Source: an uncultured Cytophagales bacterium (GTDB taxonomy: Bacteria; Bacteroidota; Bacteroidia; Cytophagales; JAAEPT01). From it: DNA of 64,000 bases. The stretch is taken from NCBI GenBank assembly GCA_964511645.1, contig CAZEGV010000001.1:11343-75342 (forward strand). The letters are read 5' to 3'. The stretch's first letter is position 1. Each line of letters opens with the position of its first letter. The position numbers and the translations under genes are program-made. Shown in pieces: positions 1 through 10,201 of this stretch. The notes beneath the pieces are model-generated. The model ran no database searches, was not told the origin of the DNA, and was given only the letters and a program-made list of their open reading frames with translations.

Positions 1-5
1 GAATT

Positions 6-1403
6 ATGAAAATTGAACAAATATATACTGGTTGCCTAGCTCAAGGAGCTTATTATATAGAGTCTAATGGTGAGGTAGCCATCATAGACCCGCTAAGAGA
101 AGTAAGCCCTTATGTCAAAAGAGCAGAAAAAGACAGTGCTAATATTAAATATATTTTTGAAACTCATTTTCATGCCGACTTTGTAAGTGGTCACGTAACT
201 TTGGCAGAGCAAACGGATGCTAAAATAATTTTTGGACCTACCGCCACCACTAAATTTAACTCTCATATTGCTGAGGATAATGAAGAGTTTAAGCTAGGAG
301 ATTTGATAATAAAGGTACTACATACTCCTGGGCATACTTTAGAAAGTATCAGCTTATTACTAAAAGATAAGTCAGGAAAAGATATTGCTTTATTCTCTGG
401 TGACACGCTTTTCTTAGGTGATGTAGGCCGCCCAGACTTGGCTCAAAAAAGTAATATTACTTTAGACGACTTGGCAGGAATGCTTTATGATAGCTTAAGA
501 AATAAAATAATGCCTTTAGCTGATGACTTAACGGTATATCCTGCTCATGGTGCTGGCTCTGCTTGTGGAAAAAACATGATGAAAGAGACAGTAGACACAC
601 TCGGGAATCAGAAAAAAACAAATTATGCCCTTAGAGCAGACATGACTAAAGAAGAATTCATAAAAGAGGTAACTGATGGATTAGCAACACCTCCTGGCTA
701 CTTCCCTGAAAATGTAAGGCTTAACAAAGAAGGATATGATGATATTAAAAACATATTAGGAAAAGGGACAACTGCCCTATCACCTGCAGTATTTGAAACT
801 ATTGCAAACGAGACTGGTGCTCTTATGCTTGATGTACGTAGTGCTAGTGATTTTGCAAAGGCTCATGTTCCGAATAGTATTTTTATCGGGCTAGATGGTG
901 GTTTTGCTCCTTGGGTTGGGCAATTAATTGTGGATGTAAATCAAGAAATCATACTTATTACTGATAAAGGAAGAGAAGAGGAAGCAGTAACTAGGCTAGC
1001 TAGAATTGGATTTGACAACACTTTGGGTTATCTAGATGGTGGAATTAAGGCTTGGAAAGCTGAGAAAAAAGATACTGAGTCTATTGACTGTGTAAGTGCA
1101 GAAGAATTCACAAAACAGTATGATAAAAACATTTCTTTTGATGTGCGTAAAGAAGGTGAATTTCTATCAGAACACGTACTAGACATTAATCACACGCCTC
1201 TTTGTACAATAAATGAGCATTTGAGCGAGTTCCCAAAAGAGAAATTCTTTGTACATTGTGCTGGAGGGTATCGCTCGATGATGGCGGCCAGTATACTCAA
1301 ATCAAGAGGGTTTGATAAAGTGATTAATGTAGAAGGTGGTTTTAAGGCTATAAAAGAAACAAATATTCCTGTGAGTGCATACGTTTGTCCGAGTACGCTT
1401 TAA
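6..1403 (+). CDS. MBL-fold metallo-hydrolase fused to rhodanese domains (persulfide dioxygenase/sulfurtransferase-like)
   Basis: THFHADF metal-binding motif, HTPGHT, GDTLF, and C-terminal rhodanese with HCAGGYRS active-site loop. Confidence 0.9.
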   Translation: MKIEQIYTGCLAQGAYYIESNGEVAIIDPLREVSPYVKRAEKDSANIKYIFETHFHADFVSGHVTLAEQTDAKIIFGPTATTKFNSHIAEDNEEFKLGDLIIKVLHTPGHTLESISLLLKDKSGKDIALFSGDTLFLGDVGRPDLAQKSNITLDDLAGMLYDSLRNKIMPLADDLTVYPAHGAGSACGKNMMKETVDTLGNQKKTNYALRADMTKEEFIKEVTDGLATPPGYFPENVRLNKEGYDDIKNILGKGTTALSPAVFETIANETGALMLDVRSASDFAKAHVPNSIFIGLDGGFAPWVGQLIVDVNQEIILITDKGREEEAVTRLARIGFDNTLGYLDGGIKAWKAEKKDTESIDCVSAEEFTKQYDKNISFDVRKEGEFLSEHVLDINHTPLCTINEHLSEFPKEKFFVHCAGGYRSMMAASILKSRGFDKVINVEGGFKAIKETNIPVSAYVCPSTL

Positions 1404-1422
1404 TAAAACATTATTTTGTATT

Positions 1423-1454
1423 AAAAGGTGATTCTTAATTGAATCACCTTTTTT
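1423..1454 (+). terminator. Intrinsic terminator
   Basis: AAAAGGTGATTC-ttaatt-GAATCACCTTTT hairpin with T tract, 20 nt after the stop codon. Confidence 0.85.
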
Positions 1455-1585
1455 GTGTGACAAGGTTTGTTTTTTTAGTGTAATTTTTATCAAAATAACT
1501 ATCTTTACGCTCTTGTAACATATATGTATTGAAAGGCATAAATTACTAAATGGCTTAATAATAGTAAAACAGCTAATAAGTGACA

Positions 1586-1725
1586 TGGCTTAGGGATCCG
1601 TCAGTAGACGGACTTTGTCGTGGTTTGTTTGAATCACATAAGCGTAGTATAACGAAGCGAAATGGGATGAGTAGCGAAAGCCCGGTCAAAATCATGAGGT
1701 ACGAAATGATTTTGGAAAGCTCCAA
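1586..1725 (+). repeat. Structured intergenic repeat copy E1 (Flavo-1-like), upstream of gatB
   Basis: GGCTTAGGGAT...GAGTAGCGAAAGCCCGGTC...GGAAAGCTCCAA, with a CCGTCAGTAGACGG hairpin inserted after AGGGAT. Confidence 0.8.
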
Positions 1726-1754
1726 AAGAAAGAAAATATTAGGATTAAATAATA

Positions 1755-3200
1755 ATGAGGGATAAATATCAAGAAGTAATCGGTTTAGAAATCCATGTGC
1801 AACTATCGACCAATACAAAGGCGTATTCGTCTGACATTGTAGAGTATGGTAGCTTACCTAATACCAATATTAGCCCTATTACTTTGGCTCATCCTGGTAC
1901 TTTGCCTAAGCCTAATAAAAAGGTATATGATTTTTCAATTAAGCTGGGTCTGGCTTTGGGTTGCGATATTACGGAGTTCAATTATTATGATAGGAAAAAT
2001 TATTTTTATCCTGATTTGCCTAAGGGTTATCAGATTACGCAGGATGCAACTCCTATTTGTGAGAATGGAAGCGTTCATATTAAAACAAAAAGTGGTGTAA
2101 AAAAAGAAATTAAATTAACGAGAATCCATATGGAAGAGGATTCTGGGAAGTCGATGCACCTTGATGGGGAAAGTGAGTCTTTAGTAGACCTTAACCGTGC
2201 TGGTACTGCCCTACTTGAGATTGTGACAGAGCCAGATATTCGTAATTCGGAAGAGGCGTATGCTTTTGTGACCGAAGTGCGGAAGCTTGTGCGTTATCTA
2301 GAAATCTGTGATGGGAATATGGAAGAGGGGTCGATGCGTTGTGATGCTAATATTTCTGTAATGAAAAAAGGTAGTGACACTTTTGGTACTAAAGTAGAGG
2401 TCAAAAACATGAATTCTATCCGAAATGTGGCACGAGCAATTGAGCATGAGATTGATAGACAAATAGAAATGAACGAAAATAATGAGGTTATTATTTCGGA
2501 AACTCGTTTGTTTGATGCTTCTGCAGGAACGACAAAAGCAATGCGTAAAAAGGAAGAGCTGAATGATTATCGGTTTTTTGCTGAACCTGATTTACAGCCT
2601 GTAACGGTTACCAAAGATTGGATTGAAAAGATAAAATTGGAGATGCCTGCCCTGCCCCATGAGTTATTCAAACGTTTTGTGACAGAGTATAAGCTACCTG
2701 AATATGATGCTTATGTATTGACCGACCAAAAAGATATTGCCCTGTACTTTGATGCGCTTTGTCAAGAGACGTCTAACTACAAATCTGCGTCTAACTGGGT
2801 GATGGGTGCTATGAAATCATATATGAATGAGCTGACCTTATCTGTGGCTAACTTCCCGTTAAGTCCTGCAAAGATGGCGGAATTAATTCGTTTTATAGAT
2901 GATGGAAAGATTAGTGTCTCTTCGGCTACAATGAATTTATTCCCTGAGTTAGTTAATCAGCCAAAAACATCTGTAAGTAAGCTTGCCGAAAAACTTAACC
3001 TTGTGCAAGACACGAACGAAGATGATATAAAATCTGTTGTGGAAGAAGTGTTGGCTCAATTTCCTGATAAAGTAGAAGCCTACAAAGCTGGAAACAAAAA
3101 CTTACTTGGGCTGTTTATGGGGCAAGCGATGAAGGCAACTGCTGGAAAAGCTGATCCAAAAAAAATCAATCAAATCTTAAGAGAAATATTAGAAGCTTAA
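1755..3200 (+). CDS. gatB: Asp-tRNA(Asn)/Glu-tRNA(Gln) amidotransferase subunit B
   Basis: IGLEIHVQL, FDRKNYFYPDLPKGYQITQ-like motif, RIHMEED, GSMRCDANIS, C-terminal YqeY-like tail. Confidence 0.97.
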   Translation: MRDKYQEVIGLEIHVQLSTNTKAYSSDIVEYGSLPNTNISPITLAHPGTLPKPNKKVYDFSIKLGLALGCDITEFNYYDRKNYFYPDLPKGYQITQDATPICENGSVHIKTKSGVKKEIKLTRIHMEEDSGKSMHLDGESESLVDLNRAGTALLEIVTEPDIRNSEEAYAFVTEVRKLVRYLEICDGNMEEGSMRCDANISVMKKGSDTFGTKVEVKNMNSIRNVARAIEHEIDRQIEMNENNEVIISETRLFDASAGTTKAMRKKEELNDYRFFAEPDLQPVTVTKDWIEKIKLEMPALPHELFKRFVTEYKLPEYDAYVLTDQKDIALYFDALCQETSNYKSASNWVMGAMKSYMNELTLSVANFPLSPAKMAELIRFIDDGKISVSSATMNLFPELVNQPKTSVSKLAEKLNLVQDTNEDDIKSVVEEVLAQFPDKVEAYKAGNKNLLGLFMGQAMKATAGKADPKKINQILREILEA

Positions 3201-3204
3201 TCAA

Positions 3205-4242
3205 ATGAAAAGAATATTATATATTAGTGTTGCACTATTACTATGGTCTTGTGATAAACAAACGGAAGGAAAAACTAGCGAAAAAACAGAGAACATAACA
3301 ACGAAAAAAACACCAAGCATCTCTCCTACTGCTGTTGTACACCTTATAAAAGGAACAATCAATACCCCTGATACAATCTTACCCAGTAAAGTTGAGCTAT
3401 ATAAAGCTCGTGGAAGAGAGAGTGTCCTACTAAACACTAGTAAGATAAATGAAGATGGGAGTTTTGAAATTGGACTTAATGATGATGAGTTGTGGCTATA
3501 TTCTCTTCGGGTTGATGATATGAAAATAGACTTTATCAATGATGTGAAAGAAATTGAAATCAACATCAGTCATAAAGGAGTTGAATTTCCTAATTCTAAA
3601 GAAAGTAGATTTGTACAACAAATCACAAATTTGCTACAATCAGGAAAAACAGCAGAAGTAAAGGAATTTGTACTGGATAACGCACCTAGTTATACTTCTT
3701 TTATTTATGTTTCATCTTTATCAAGAGATGATAATTATGATTTTATAAAGTCAGTAGCAAATAAGTTTTCGGAGAAAGAACATTTGTACGCAAGTAAATG
3801 GCTAAAGACTATCAATAGTTTTGTAGGAATTGGTTCACAAGCTCCTGAAATCAAATTACAAAATCCAGAGGGAAACACAGTTGCTCTTAGTAGCTTAAAG
3901 GGTAAGTATGTTTTGATTGACTTTTGGGCTTCGTGGTGTGGACCTTGTATACAGGAAATGCCGAATGTAAGAAATGCTTACGCTAAATATAAAAGCAAAG
4001 GTTTTGAAGTATTTGGAGTATCGTTAGATAGTGACAAAGGCAGGTGGAAAGCTGCTATACATCGCTTAAAATTACCTTGGACTCATGTTTCTGACCTTAA
4101 GAAATGGTCTTCTCCAGTTGTGTCTCAATATCAAATTTCTGGAATTCCTCATACTGTACTGATTGATCCAACAGGTAAAATCATTGCTAAAAACTTAAGA
4201 GGGACAGCACTAGAAGCTAAGCTTACTGAAGTATTAAAATAA
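3205..4242 (+). CDS. TlpA/ResA-like thiol-disulfide oxidoreductase lipoprotein
   Basis: Lipobox LLWSC; C-terminal thioredoxin fold with FWASWCGPC. Confidence 0.9.
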   Translation: MKRILYISVALLLWSCDKQTEGKTSEKTENITTKKTPSISPTAVVHLIKGTINTPDTILPSKVELYKARGRESVLLNTSKINEDGSFEIGLNDDELWLYSLRVDDMKIDFINDVKEIEINISHKGVEFPNSKESRFVQQITNLLQSGKTAEVKEFVLDNAPSYTSFIYVSSLSRDDNYDFIKSVANKFSEKEHLYASKWLKTINSFVGIGSQAPEIKLQNPEGNTVALSSLKGKYVLIDFWASWCGPCIQEMPNVRNAYAKYKSKGFEVFGVSLDSDKGRWKAAIHRLKLPWTHVSDLKKWSSPVVSQYQISGIPHTVLIDPTGKIIAKNLRGTALEAKLTEVLK

Positions 4243-4244
4243 AA

Positions 4245-4278
4245 AAATCCTAGTTTGAAAATATTCAAACTAGGATTT
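4245..4278. terminator. Bidirectional intrinsic terminator
   Basis: AATCCTAGTTTGAA-aata-TTCAAACTAGGATT between convergent genes. Confidence 0.8.
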
Positions 4279-4299
4279 AATAAAATTATTTTTTTACTA

Positions 4300-4700
4300 T
4301 TATGCTTCTTGATAATCAGTTGCACCACCTTCTATTCCTTTAGGGGTTACATACTCATTGTCTCCTGCATCACATAAGGCTGTGGTAAACTCATTAGATA
4401 CCCATATCTGGGCAAGCCATTTTAGTTCCCATCATTGCACCAAAGACTAGGTTTCTTTCATCTATTTGTTCTATGGTACCAGCAATTCTATTACATCCAT
4501 CAGACCCAAAAACTTTATTTTTATCAAAATTAAGAAGATGTTTTTTTCTTTGATACTTTCTAAGCGAGATATAGATAAGACTAACCACTCCCCTTTTATT
4601 GATAGTTCTTTATTTCTTTTTTTACCTTCATCTTATTTGTACTACAAGATATTAATAATCCTACGAGTATTAGTATGGTGATTTTACTTGTGATTAGCAT
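4300..4700 (-). pseudogene. META-domain (HslJ-like) lipoprotein, frameshifted
   Basis: Pieces in successive frames: MLITSKITILILVGLLISC (lipobox) / ELSIKGEWLVLSI / LNFDKNKVFGSDGCNRIAG...MMGTKMACPDM / SNEFTTAL; at least three frame changes needed. Confidence 0.7.
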
Positions 4701-5916
4701 TCCACCTTGCTTTTTGTTTTCTGTAAAACTTCATACGAGTTTGAGCTGCATCCCTATACCTAAATTTAAACTTGTCATAATCAATGATTTCAAGTAAGGT
4801 TAATTCTGCCTTCTCATATTCATTCATCCATCCATAAGCTTGTGCAATATTAAGTTTCATAGTTGCAGTCACGTGTTTATTTACTCTTGCTTTTTTATTT
4901 TCTAATTCTGACTCTTTCAAAACTCTATTCCATATTTTTATCGCTTCTAGCAATTTATTTTTGGATGATTTAAAATCTGTATTTAAATTCAAATACCCCT
5001 CTCTAGCAATAGAAAAACCCGATTGACAGTCGTCATAATTGAATTTCTTAGCTTTCACTTTATACAAGTTTTCATAGCGAACTTTGGGGCAGAACCCATA
5101 AAGCTCATTCAACCGCTCATAAACTAGCTTCATGTTTTTATCTACTATTTTTGATTCTAACATTCGTTTTATAGTAACCGTATCAAAAGAAGGAATTTTC
5201 GTTTTTGTATGCTTTGTTTCATATTTCACAAACTCACTTGTGCCTTCTAATAACTCATTTAGGAAAATCTTCCCACTATTATCTACTACCCTGATTCTAA
5301 CAGGGTGCTTATAAGACATCCTGTGCCAATAATATACGGCTGGTGAAGGCTTAGTTACACTCCTACTTTTGAGTTCTATTTTGGTAGATTGAAACCCATA
5401 TAAATGAGCCGAAATTTTTACTGCCTTTTCTGGCTTACCCTCAAACCCCTCAAGGTATAGATAAGAGGTGGCTAAGGTTTCGGTATTAAATATTTTTTGA
5501 TAATGCACTTGTCTCTTCTTAGGCTTTGGGGCAGCTACGTATGGGGCTGGTTTGTCTGGTATAGTACCTGTTTTTAGTACCTGAGTTTCTAATAAATAGC
5601 CTGCTAATGTTTTCTTCTTACCTGAATATAAGTTATCATAATACTGATCCATTCTAGCTTTATGACGTGTTTTAGATTGAAATTCTATCTCTTTATATTG
5701 TTTTAGCTCTTCATCATATTCTTCTTGTATCATTTTTTGATGTGCTAAAATATCTTCTTCATATTCCAAAACAACTGTTGATTGATAATACTTGGGCAGT
5801 AATAATACTGATGGCAATTGGGTATAATTAATTCCTATCTTACTCTGAATTATTTTTTGAGATAAGGATAGGTTAGCTATTAACAATAAGTGAAGTACTA
5901 GTAGTGTATTTTTCAT
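4684..5916 (-). CDS. Hypothetical exported protein, possible C-terminal TPR-like helices
   Basis: 410-aa ORF with N-terminal signal peptide; no family recognised. Confidence 0.65.
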   Translation of the reverse strand: MKNTLLVLHLLLIANLSLSQKIIQSKIGINYTQLPSVLLLPKYYQSTVVLEYEEDILAHQKMIQEEYDEELKQYKEIEFQSKTRHKARMDQYYDNLYSGKKKTLAGYLLETQVLKTGTIPDKPAPYVAAPKPKKRQVHYQKIFNTETLATSYLYLEGFEGKPEKAVKISAHLYGFQSTKIELKSRSVTKPSPAVYYWHRMSYKHPVRIRVVDNSGKIFLNELLEGTSEFVKYETKHTKTKIPSFDTVTIKRMLESKIVDKNMKLVYERLNELYGFCPKVRYENLYKVKAKKFNYDDCQSGFSIAREGYLNLNTDFKSSKNKLLEAIKIWNRVLKESELENKKARVNKHVTATMKLNIAQAYGWMNEYEKAELTLLEIIDYDKFKFRYRDAAQTRMKFYRKQKARWNANHK

Positions 5917-6001
5917 TGATTTTATAATTTAGAATTACTGACTTATCAAACATCTTACCAAAGATAGTTAATTACAATCATAAAGCTACATTATCACATA
6001 A

Positions 6002-6120
6002 TTGGCTTAGGGATTGACGTGGAAATCCTTCCTGATTTTTTTCATCGGGAAGATTGGGAACAGAAAGCCCGACCGTCTGGGCGAAATAGCCCAGAGAGTG
6101 AAATGAAAGGGAAGCCCCAA
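6002..6120 (+). repeat. Structured intergenic repeat copy E2 (Flavo-1-like)
   Basis: TTGGCTTAGGGAT...GAAAGCCCGACC...GGGAAGCCCCAA; inner hairpin CTTCCTGAT-ttttttc-ATCGGGAAG. Confidence 0.8.
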
Positions 6121-6175
6121 ATATTTTTTATTGCCTTTTAGGAAATATTAGCTAAATTAGCCACGTAGAATCTAC

Positions 6176-6760
6176 ATGATAATGATACAAATACCCGAAC
6201 ACATAAAAGGAATAATTTTTGACCTCGACGGAACACTTGCCGACACAATGTCTTTGCATTATAAGGCTTGTCAGCTCGTTTGTGAGCCTTATGGTATTGA
6301 GTTTCCGTATGAGTATTTTATCGCTAAAGCGGGAATACCTACACTAAAAGTTTTTGAAATGTTTGTAAAAGAGTACAAACACTCCGTAAATGGGCTAAAG
6401 CTAGGTGAGAAAAAGGAAAGGATTTTTCAGTCTTTAATCCCTACCGTAAAAGCAATTCCTGCTAGTGAACAATTATTACTAGCTAATCTAGGAAAAAGAA
6501 AAATAGCTGTGGGTTCTGGGGGAGATAGAGAGAGTGTAATAGCTACTCTTCAAGCAATTGGGCATATCAAAAACTTAGATTCTATAGTAAGTGCTGACGA
6601 AGTAGATTTGCACAAACCTCACCCCGATACGTTCTTGAAGTGTGCCGAAGAAATGAACTTAAGTCCTAATGAATGTATTGTTTTGGAAGATGCTCAACTG
6701 GGTTTTGAGGCGGCCATAAGTGCTGGAATGAAATATATCAATATCAACTTATATGTTTAA
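6176..6760 (+). CDS. HAD-family phosphatase (beta-PGM/YqaB-like)
   Basis: FDLDGTL motif I, KPHPD motif III, LEDA motif IV. Confidence 0.9.
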   Translation: MIMIQIPEHIKGIIFDLDGTLADTMSLHYKACQLVCEPYGIEFPYEYFIAKAGIPTLKVFEMFVKEYKHSVNGLKLGEKKERIFQSLIPTVKAIPASEQLLLANLGKRKIAVGSGGDRESVIATLQAIGHIKNLDSIVSADEVDLHKPHPDTFLKCAEEMNLSPNECIVLEDAQLGFEAAISAGMKYININLYV

Positions 6761-6762
6761 CA

Positions 6763-7287
6763 ATGGATTTGAAAAGAGCCTTAGAAAAAGAACATAGCAG
6801 AGCTAATACTAGCCAAATCATTTCTTACATTGGTCTAAGTGATGATAAGTTTAAGGTTTTGTTTGATCTATTTATTAACGGAAGCGATACCCTAAAGCAA
6901 CGAAGTGCTTGGGTGGTTGGAGATATTGGGGTAGAACAACCTTCAATGATTAAGCCTTATCTTAAGCGGTTAATCAATAATCTTGGTGCTCAACATCACA
7001 ATGCTATTTATCGCAATACTTTTAGGGTTTTGCAAGAGATAAACATCCCTACTCCACTGCAAGGAGAGGCAGTTGAATATGCTTTTGATTTTTTAACTAG
7101 GCAAGCTGTGCCTGTGGCAATAAAATCTTGTGCGATGAGTACAATATATAATATCAGTAGGGATAACCCTGAACTAAAACCTGAGCTTAAGCTGATTATA
7201 GAGGATCAAATGCCTTATGCATCAACTGGGTTTAAAGGTAGAGGTGCTAAAATCATTGCTAAGCTTAACAAAGAAATAACTGGGTGA
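6763..7287 (+). CDS. Conserved hypothetical helical (HEAT/ARM-like) protein
   Basis: Operon-coupled 174-aa ORF, predominantly helical pattern. Confidence 0.65.
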   Translation: MDLKRALEKEHSRANTSQIISYIGLSDDKFKVLFDLFINGSDTLKQRSAWVVGDIGVEQPSMIKPYLKRLINNLGAQHHNAIYRNTFRVLQEINIPTPLQGEAVEYAFDFLTRQAVPVAIKSCAMSTIYNISRDNPELKPELKLIIEDQMPYASTGFKGRGAKIIAKLNKEITG

Positions 7288-8480
7288 AACAAACGATAGT
7301 TATAATTGGAGCTGGTGCGGCTGGAATTATCTTGGCTTGTCATTTGAATGAAAGCAAGTATGATGTTCACCTTTATGAAAAAGGTAAAACAATTGGAAGA
7401 AAGCTCCTTGTAGCGGGAAAAGGTGGGTTTAACTTGACACATAGTGAAGGGATGAAAGATTTCATTTCTCGCTATATGCCTGAAGAATTCATCGCTCCTT
7501 ATATCAAACATTTCACTAATCAAGACTTAGTGAAATGGCTCAAATCTATTGGGATAGATACTTTTGTGGGATCTAGTAAGCGAGTTTTCCCTGATAAAAC
7601 AATAAAGCCCGCCGAAGTACTGGCAAAATTTACAGAAATATTGAATAAAAAAAATGTAACCATTCATACTCAACATCAATGGACTGGATGGACAAAAAAT
7701 CAACTTTCTTTTACTTGTGACAGGGGTGATATTATGATTTCTGCTGACTATACTATTTTCGCTTTAGGCGGGGCTAGTTGGTCAAAAACTGGATCTGATG
7801 GTTCTTGGCTCTCATTATTTGATGACAAAGGAATTAAAACTACCTCTTTTTTTCCTTCCAATTGTGGTTATTTAATTAATTGGGGAGATAAGTTTTTAAG
7901 TCCAAATGATGGACAGCCTATTAAAAATATTGCCGTAAAATCTGGTAATCAATACAAGAAAGGTGAGTTGATGATTACAAGGTACGGTATAGAGGGAGGG
8001 GCAATTTATGCTTTAAGTCCTACAATACGAAAAGATTTACAGGCAATAGGGTATTCAAAAATCTATATTGATCTTAAGCCTCAATTTAGTATAGAAAAAT
8101 TAGAAAAAATCATCCTTTCTAAATCAAAAAAAAGTAATTGGAAAACATTTTTTAAACAAGAAATCAAACTTTCAAATGTGCAGATTGACTTATTAAAAAC
8201 TTATAGCGATAAAACAATTTATAACGATAGCTTGACACTTAGTCAAGGCATTAAAAATCTTCCTTTGGAAATCATTGGTACAACTCCTATCAATGAAGCT
8301 ATTTCAACAGTGGGTGGAATTTCACTTCATTCTGTCAACAAAAATCTTGAGCTTAAAGCCTCTCCTCAACATTATGTAATGGGAGAAATGCTTAACTGGG
8401 ATGCTCCTACGGGTGGTTATTTACTACAAGCCTGTTTTAGTATGGGGAAGTATTTGGCTGATGAATTGAATAAAATTTAA
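7284..8480 (+). CDS. HI0933/BaiN-family FAD-dependent oxidoreductase
   Basis: IIGAGAAG dinucleotide motif, GRKLLVAGKGGFNLTH, GRVFP-like segment, GEMLNWDAPTGGYLLQ; GTG start overlaps the upstream TGA. Confidence 0.9.
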   Translation: MKQTIVIIGAGAAGIILACHLNESKYDVHLYEKGKTIGRKLLVAGKGGFNLTHSEGMKDFISRYMPEEFIAPYIKHFTNQDLVKWLKSIGIDTFVGSSKRVFPDKTIKPAEVLAKFTEILNKKNVTIHTQHQWTGWTKNQLSFTCDRGDIMISADYTIFALGGASWSKTGSDGSWLSLFDDKGIKTTSFFPSNCGYLINWGDKFLSPNDGQPIKNIAVKSGNQYKKGELMITRYGIEGGAIYALSPTIRKDLQAIGYSKIYIDLKPQFSIEKLEKIILSKSKKSNWKTFFKQEIKLSNVQIDLLKTYSDKTIYNDSLTLSQGIKNLPLEIIGTTPINEAISTVGGISLHSVNKNLELKASPQHYVMGEMLNWDAPTGGYLLQACFSMGKYLADELNKI

Positions 8481-8698
8481 TTGCTTGCCGCAAAAAAAAA
8501 TCTTGCTCTTTTATCACTTTCAATTCATCAATAATTCTTCTTTCACTTACTCATAAACTCTTCTAATACAATAATCATCACTTAACAACATAGACTATTC
8601 TGCGGTCGTTCAAACTGCGATATTATTTTAATTACCCAAAAACGGCTTAGAAACAGAGTTATTTGTTTATACTTTAACGAGCTCAATATTAAAAAAGG

Positions 8699-10201
8699 TC
8701 AATCTTGAACCATAGAGTGTTTGATAGAATAAATAGATATCGAACCAAAGCCAAATAATAATAAGACATGGTAATAAACAAAGGAATAATCGCTTAAAAC
8801 ATAAGCTTGAAAAATGCCATAGGCAAAATAAATAACTAATAATAATTCAAAATAAACAAATCCAGATATTTTTTTGATTCGGTATACATTTTTTTCCCAT
8901 GAAGAGTCCTGTGCACCTTGTAGATTGAACTTAGGTGTGCGAATAAATGGTGACTTCTTCCCTACCAAGCCCTCTACTACCGCAATAGAATTATGAAGAG
9001 ACAAGCCCATACTTAAAGATAAAAAAACAAAAAAGACAAAAGGAAATCGAATGTGATTGGATAAGTTTTTCTTATGTTCTAAAAAATAGGCGTGATAATA
9101 ATTTATCATCAGAATCAACAAACTCGACATAAAAACTCCCATTAACGGAAACAACCATTTGGCATGAAGTGTTTGCTTGATAAATAAAGCTGGCACACTC
9201 AAAATTGCAGAAACTAATACCGCCAACAACACTGTACTATTGAGTAAGTGCATTGTAGCAAAGTATTTAGTAGCTAATGATTTATTGCTTTTATACACTC
9301 TTTTGAGGTTTTTCACTGTACATTCTGCCCCTCCCTTCATCCACCTGAACTGCTGAGAACGCAATGCAGGCATCGTAATAGGTAATTCTGCTGGTGCTAC
9401 AATGTCTTCTACATATTGGAATTTCCAATCCTTGAGTTGAGCACGGTAACTCAAATCCAAATCTTCTGTAAGCGTATCTGCCTCCCAATTACCCGCATCT
9501 AGGATACAGGTTTTACGCCAAACTCCGCCTGTCCCATTAAAATTAATGAAGTGATTTTGAGAATTTCTTCCTACTTGCTCTACCGTAAAGTGTGCGTCTA
9601 AACCAAATGCTTGTAGCTTAGTTAGGTACGAATAATTTCTATTAAGGTGTCCCCAACGAGTCTGTATCACTCCTAACTTAGGATTTCCTATGAAATAAGC
9701 GATTGTTTTTTTTAAGAAATCTGATTCTGGCACAAAATCAGCGTCAAAAATAGTGATGTACTCACCTTTCGCTAATCCTAAACCGTATTTGAGTGCTCCA
9801 GCTTTATACCCTTTTCTATTTGGTCTACGGACTAGCTTAATATCAATTCCTTCTGCTTGTAACTTTGTTATTCTTTTTTGAGCAATTGTTGTGGTTTCAT
9901 CTGTAGAGTCATCCAATACTTGAATCTCTAGTTTGTCTTTTGGGTAGTCAAGTTTGGCTATTGTGTTGATTAGCCGCTCTATAACATAACGCTCATTAAA
10001 CACGGGTAACTGAACGGTAACTAACGGATAATCTTGTAAGGCTTTAGGCTGTGTATTTGTTCTTCTTTTTGCTCGTACATAATTAACTACTAATAATAGC
10101 TGAGCAATGCTAAACATGAAAATAAAGCTTATAGAAGCGATGTATACAATTAATATAGTGATAGAAAGAATATTCACTTTAGATATTTGAAGATTGTCCA
10201 A
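8699..10201 (-). CDS. Cellulose-synthase-like GT2 membrane glycosyltransferase
   Basis: QLPVFNE, QVLDDS, KAGAL, FDADF, TEDLDLSYR and QQFRW motifs with flanking TM helices. Confidence 0.9.
   Translation of the reverse strand: MDNLQISKVNILSITILIVYIASISFIFMFSIAQLLLVVNYVRAKRRTNTQPKALQDYPLVTVQLPVFNERYVIERLINTIAKLDYPKDKLEIQVLDDSTDETTTIAQKRITKLQAEGIDIKLVRRPNRKGYKAGALKYGLGLAKGEYITIFDADFVPESDFLKKTIAYFIGNPKLGVIQTRWGHLNRNYSYLTKLQAFGLDAHFTVEQVGRNSQNHFINFNGTGGVWRKTCILDAGNWEADTLTEDLDLSYRAQLKDWKFQYVEDIVAPAELPITMPALRSQQFRWMKGGAECTVKNLKRVYKSNKSLATKYFATMHLLNSTVLLAVLVSAILSVPALFIKQTLHAKWLFPLMGVFMSSLLILMINYYHAYFLEHKKNLSNHIRFPFVFFVFLSLSMGLSLHNSIAVVEGLVGKKSPFIRTPKFNLQGAQDSSWEKNVYRIKKISGFVYFELLLVIYFAYGIFQAYVLSDYSFVYYHVLLLFGFGSISIYSIKHSMVQD

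Noticed and set aside
1302-1818. Short ORFs 1302-1586, 1573-1818 and 1580-1765
   Set aside because: They overlap real genes, the terminator and repeat E1, and show no recognisable motifs.
8481-8698. 218-bp gap between convergent genes as a possible gene remnant or sRNA
   Set aside because: No sustained open frame, strong hairpin or repeat match found by eye, so there is nothing supportable.
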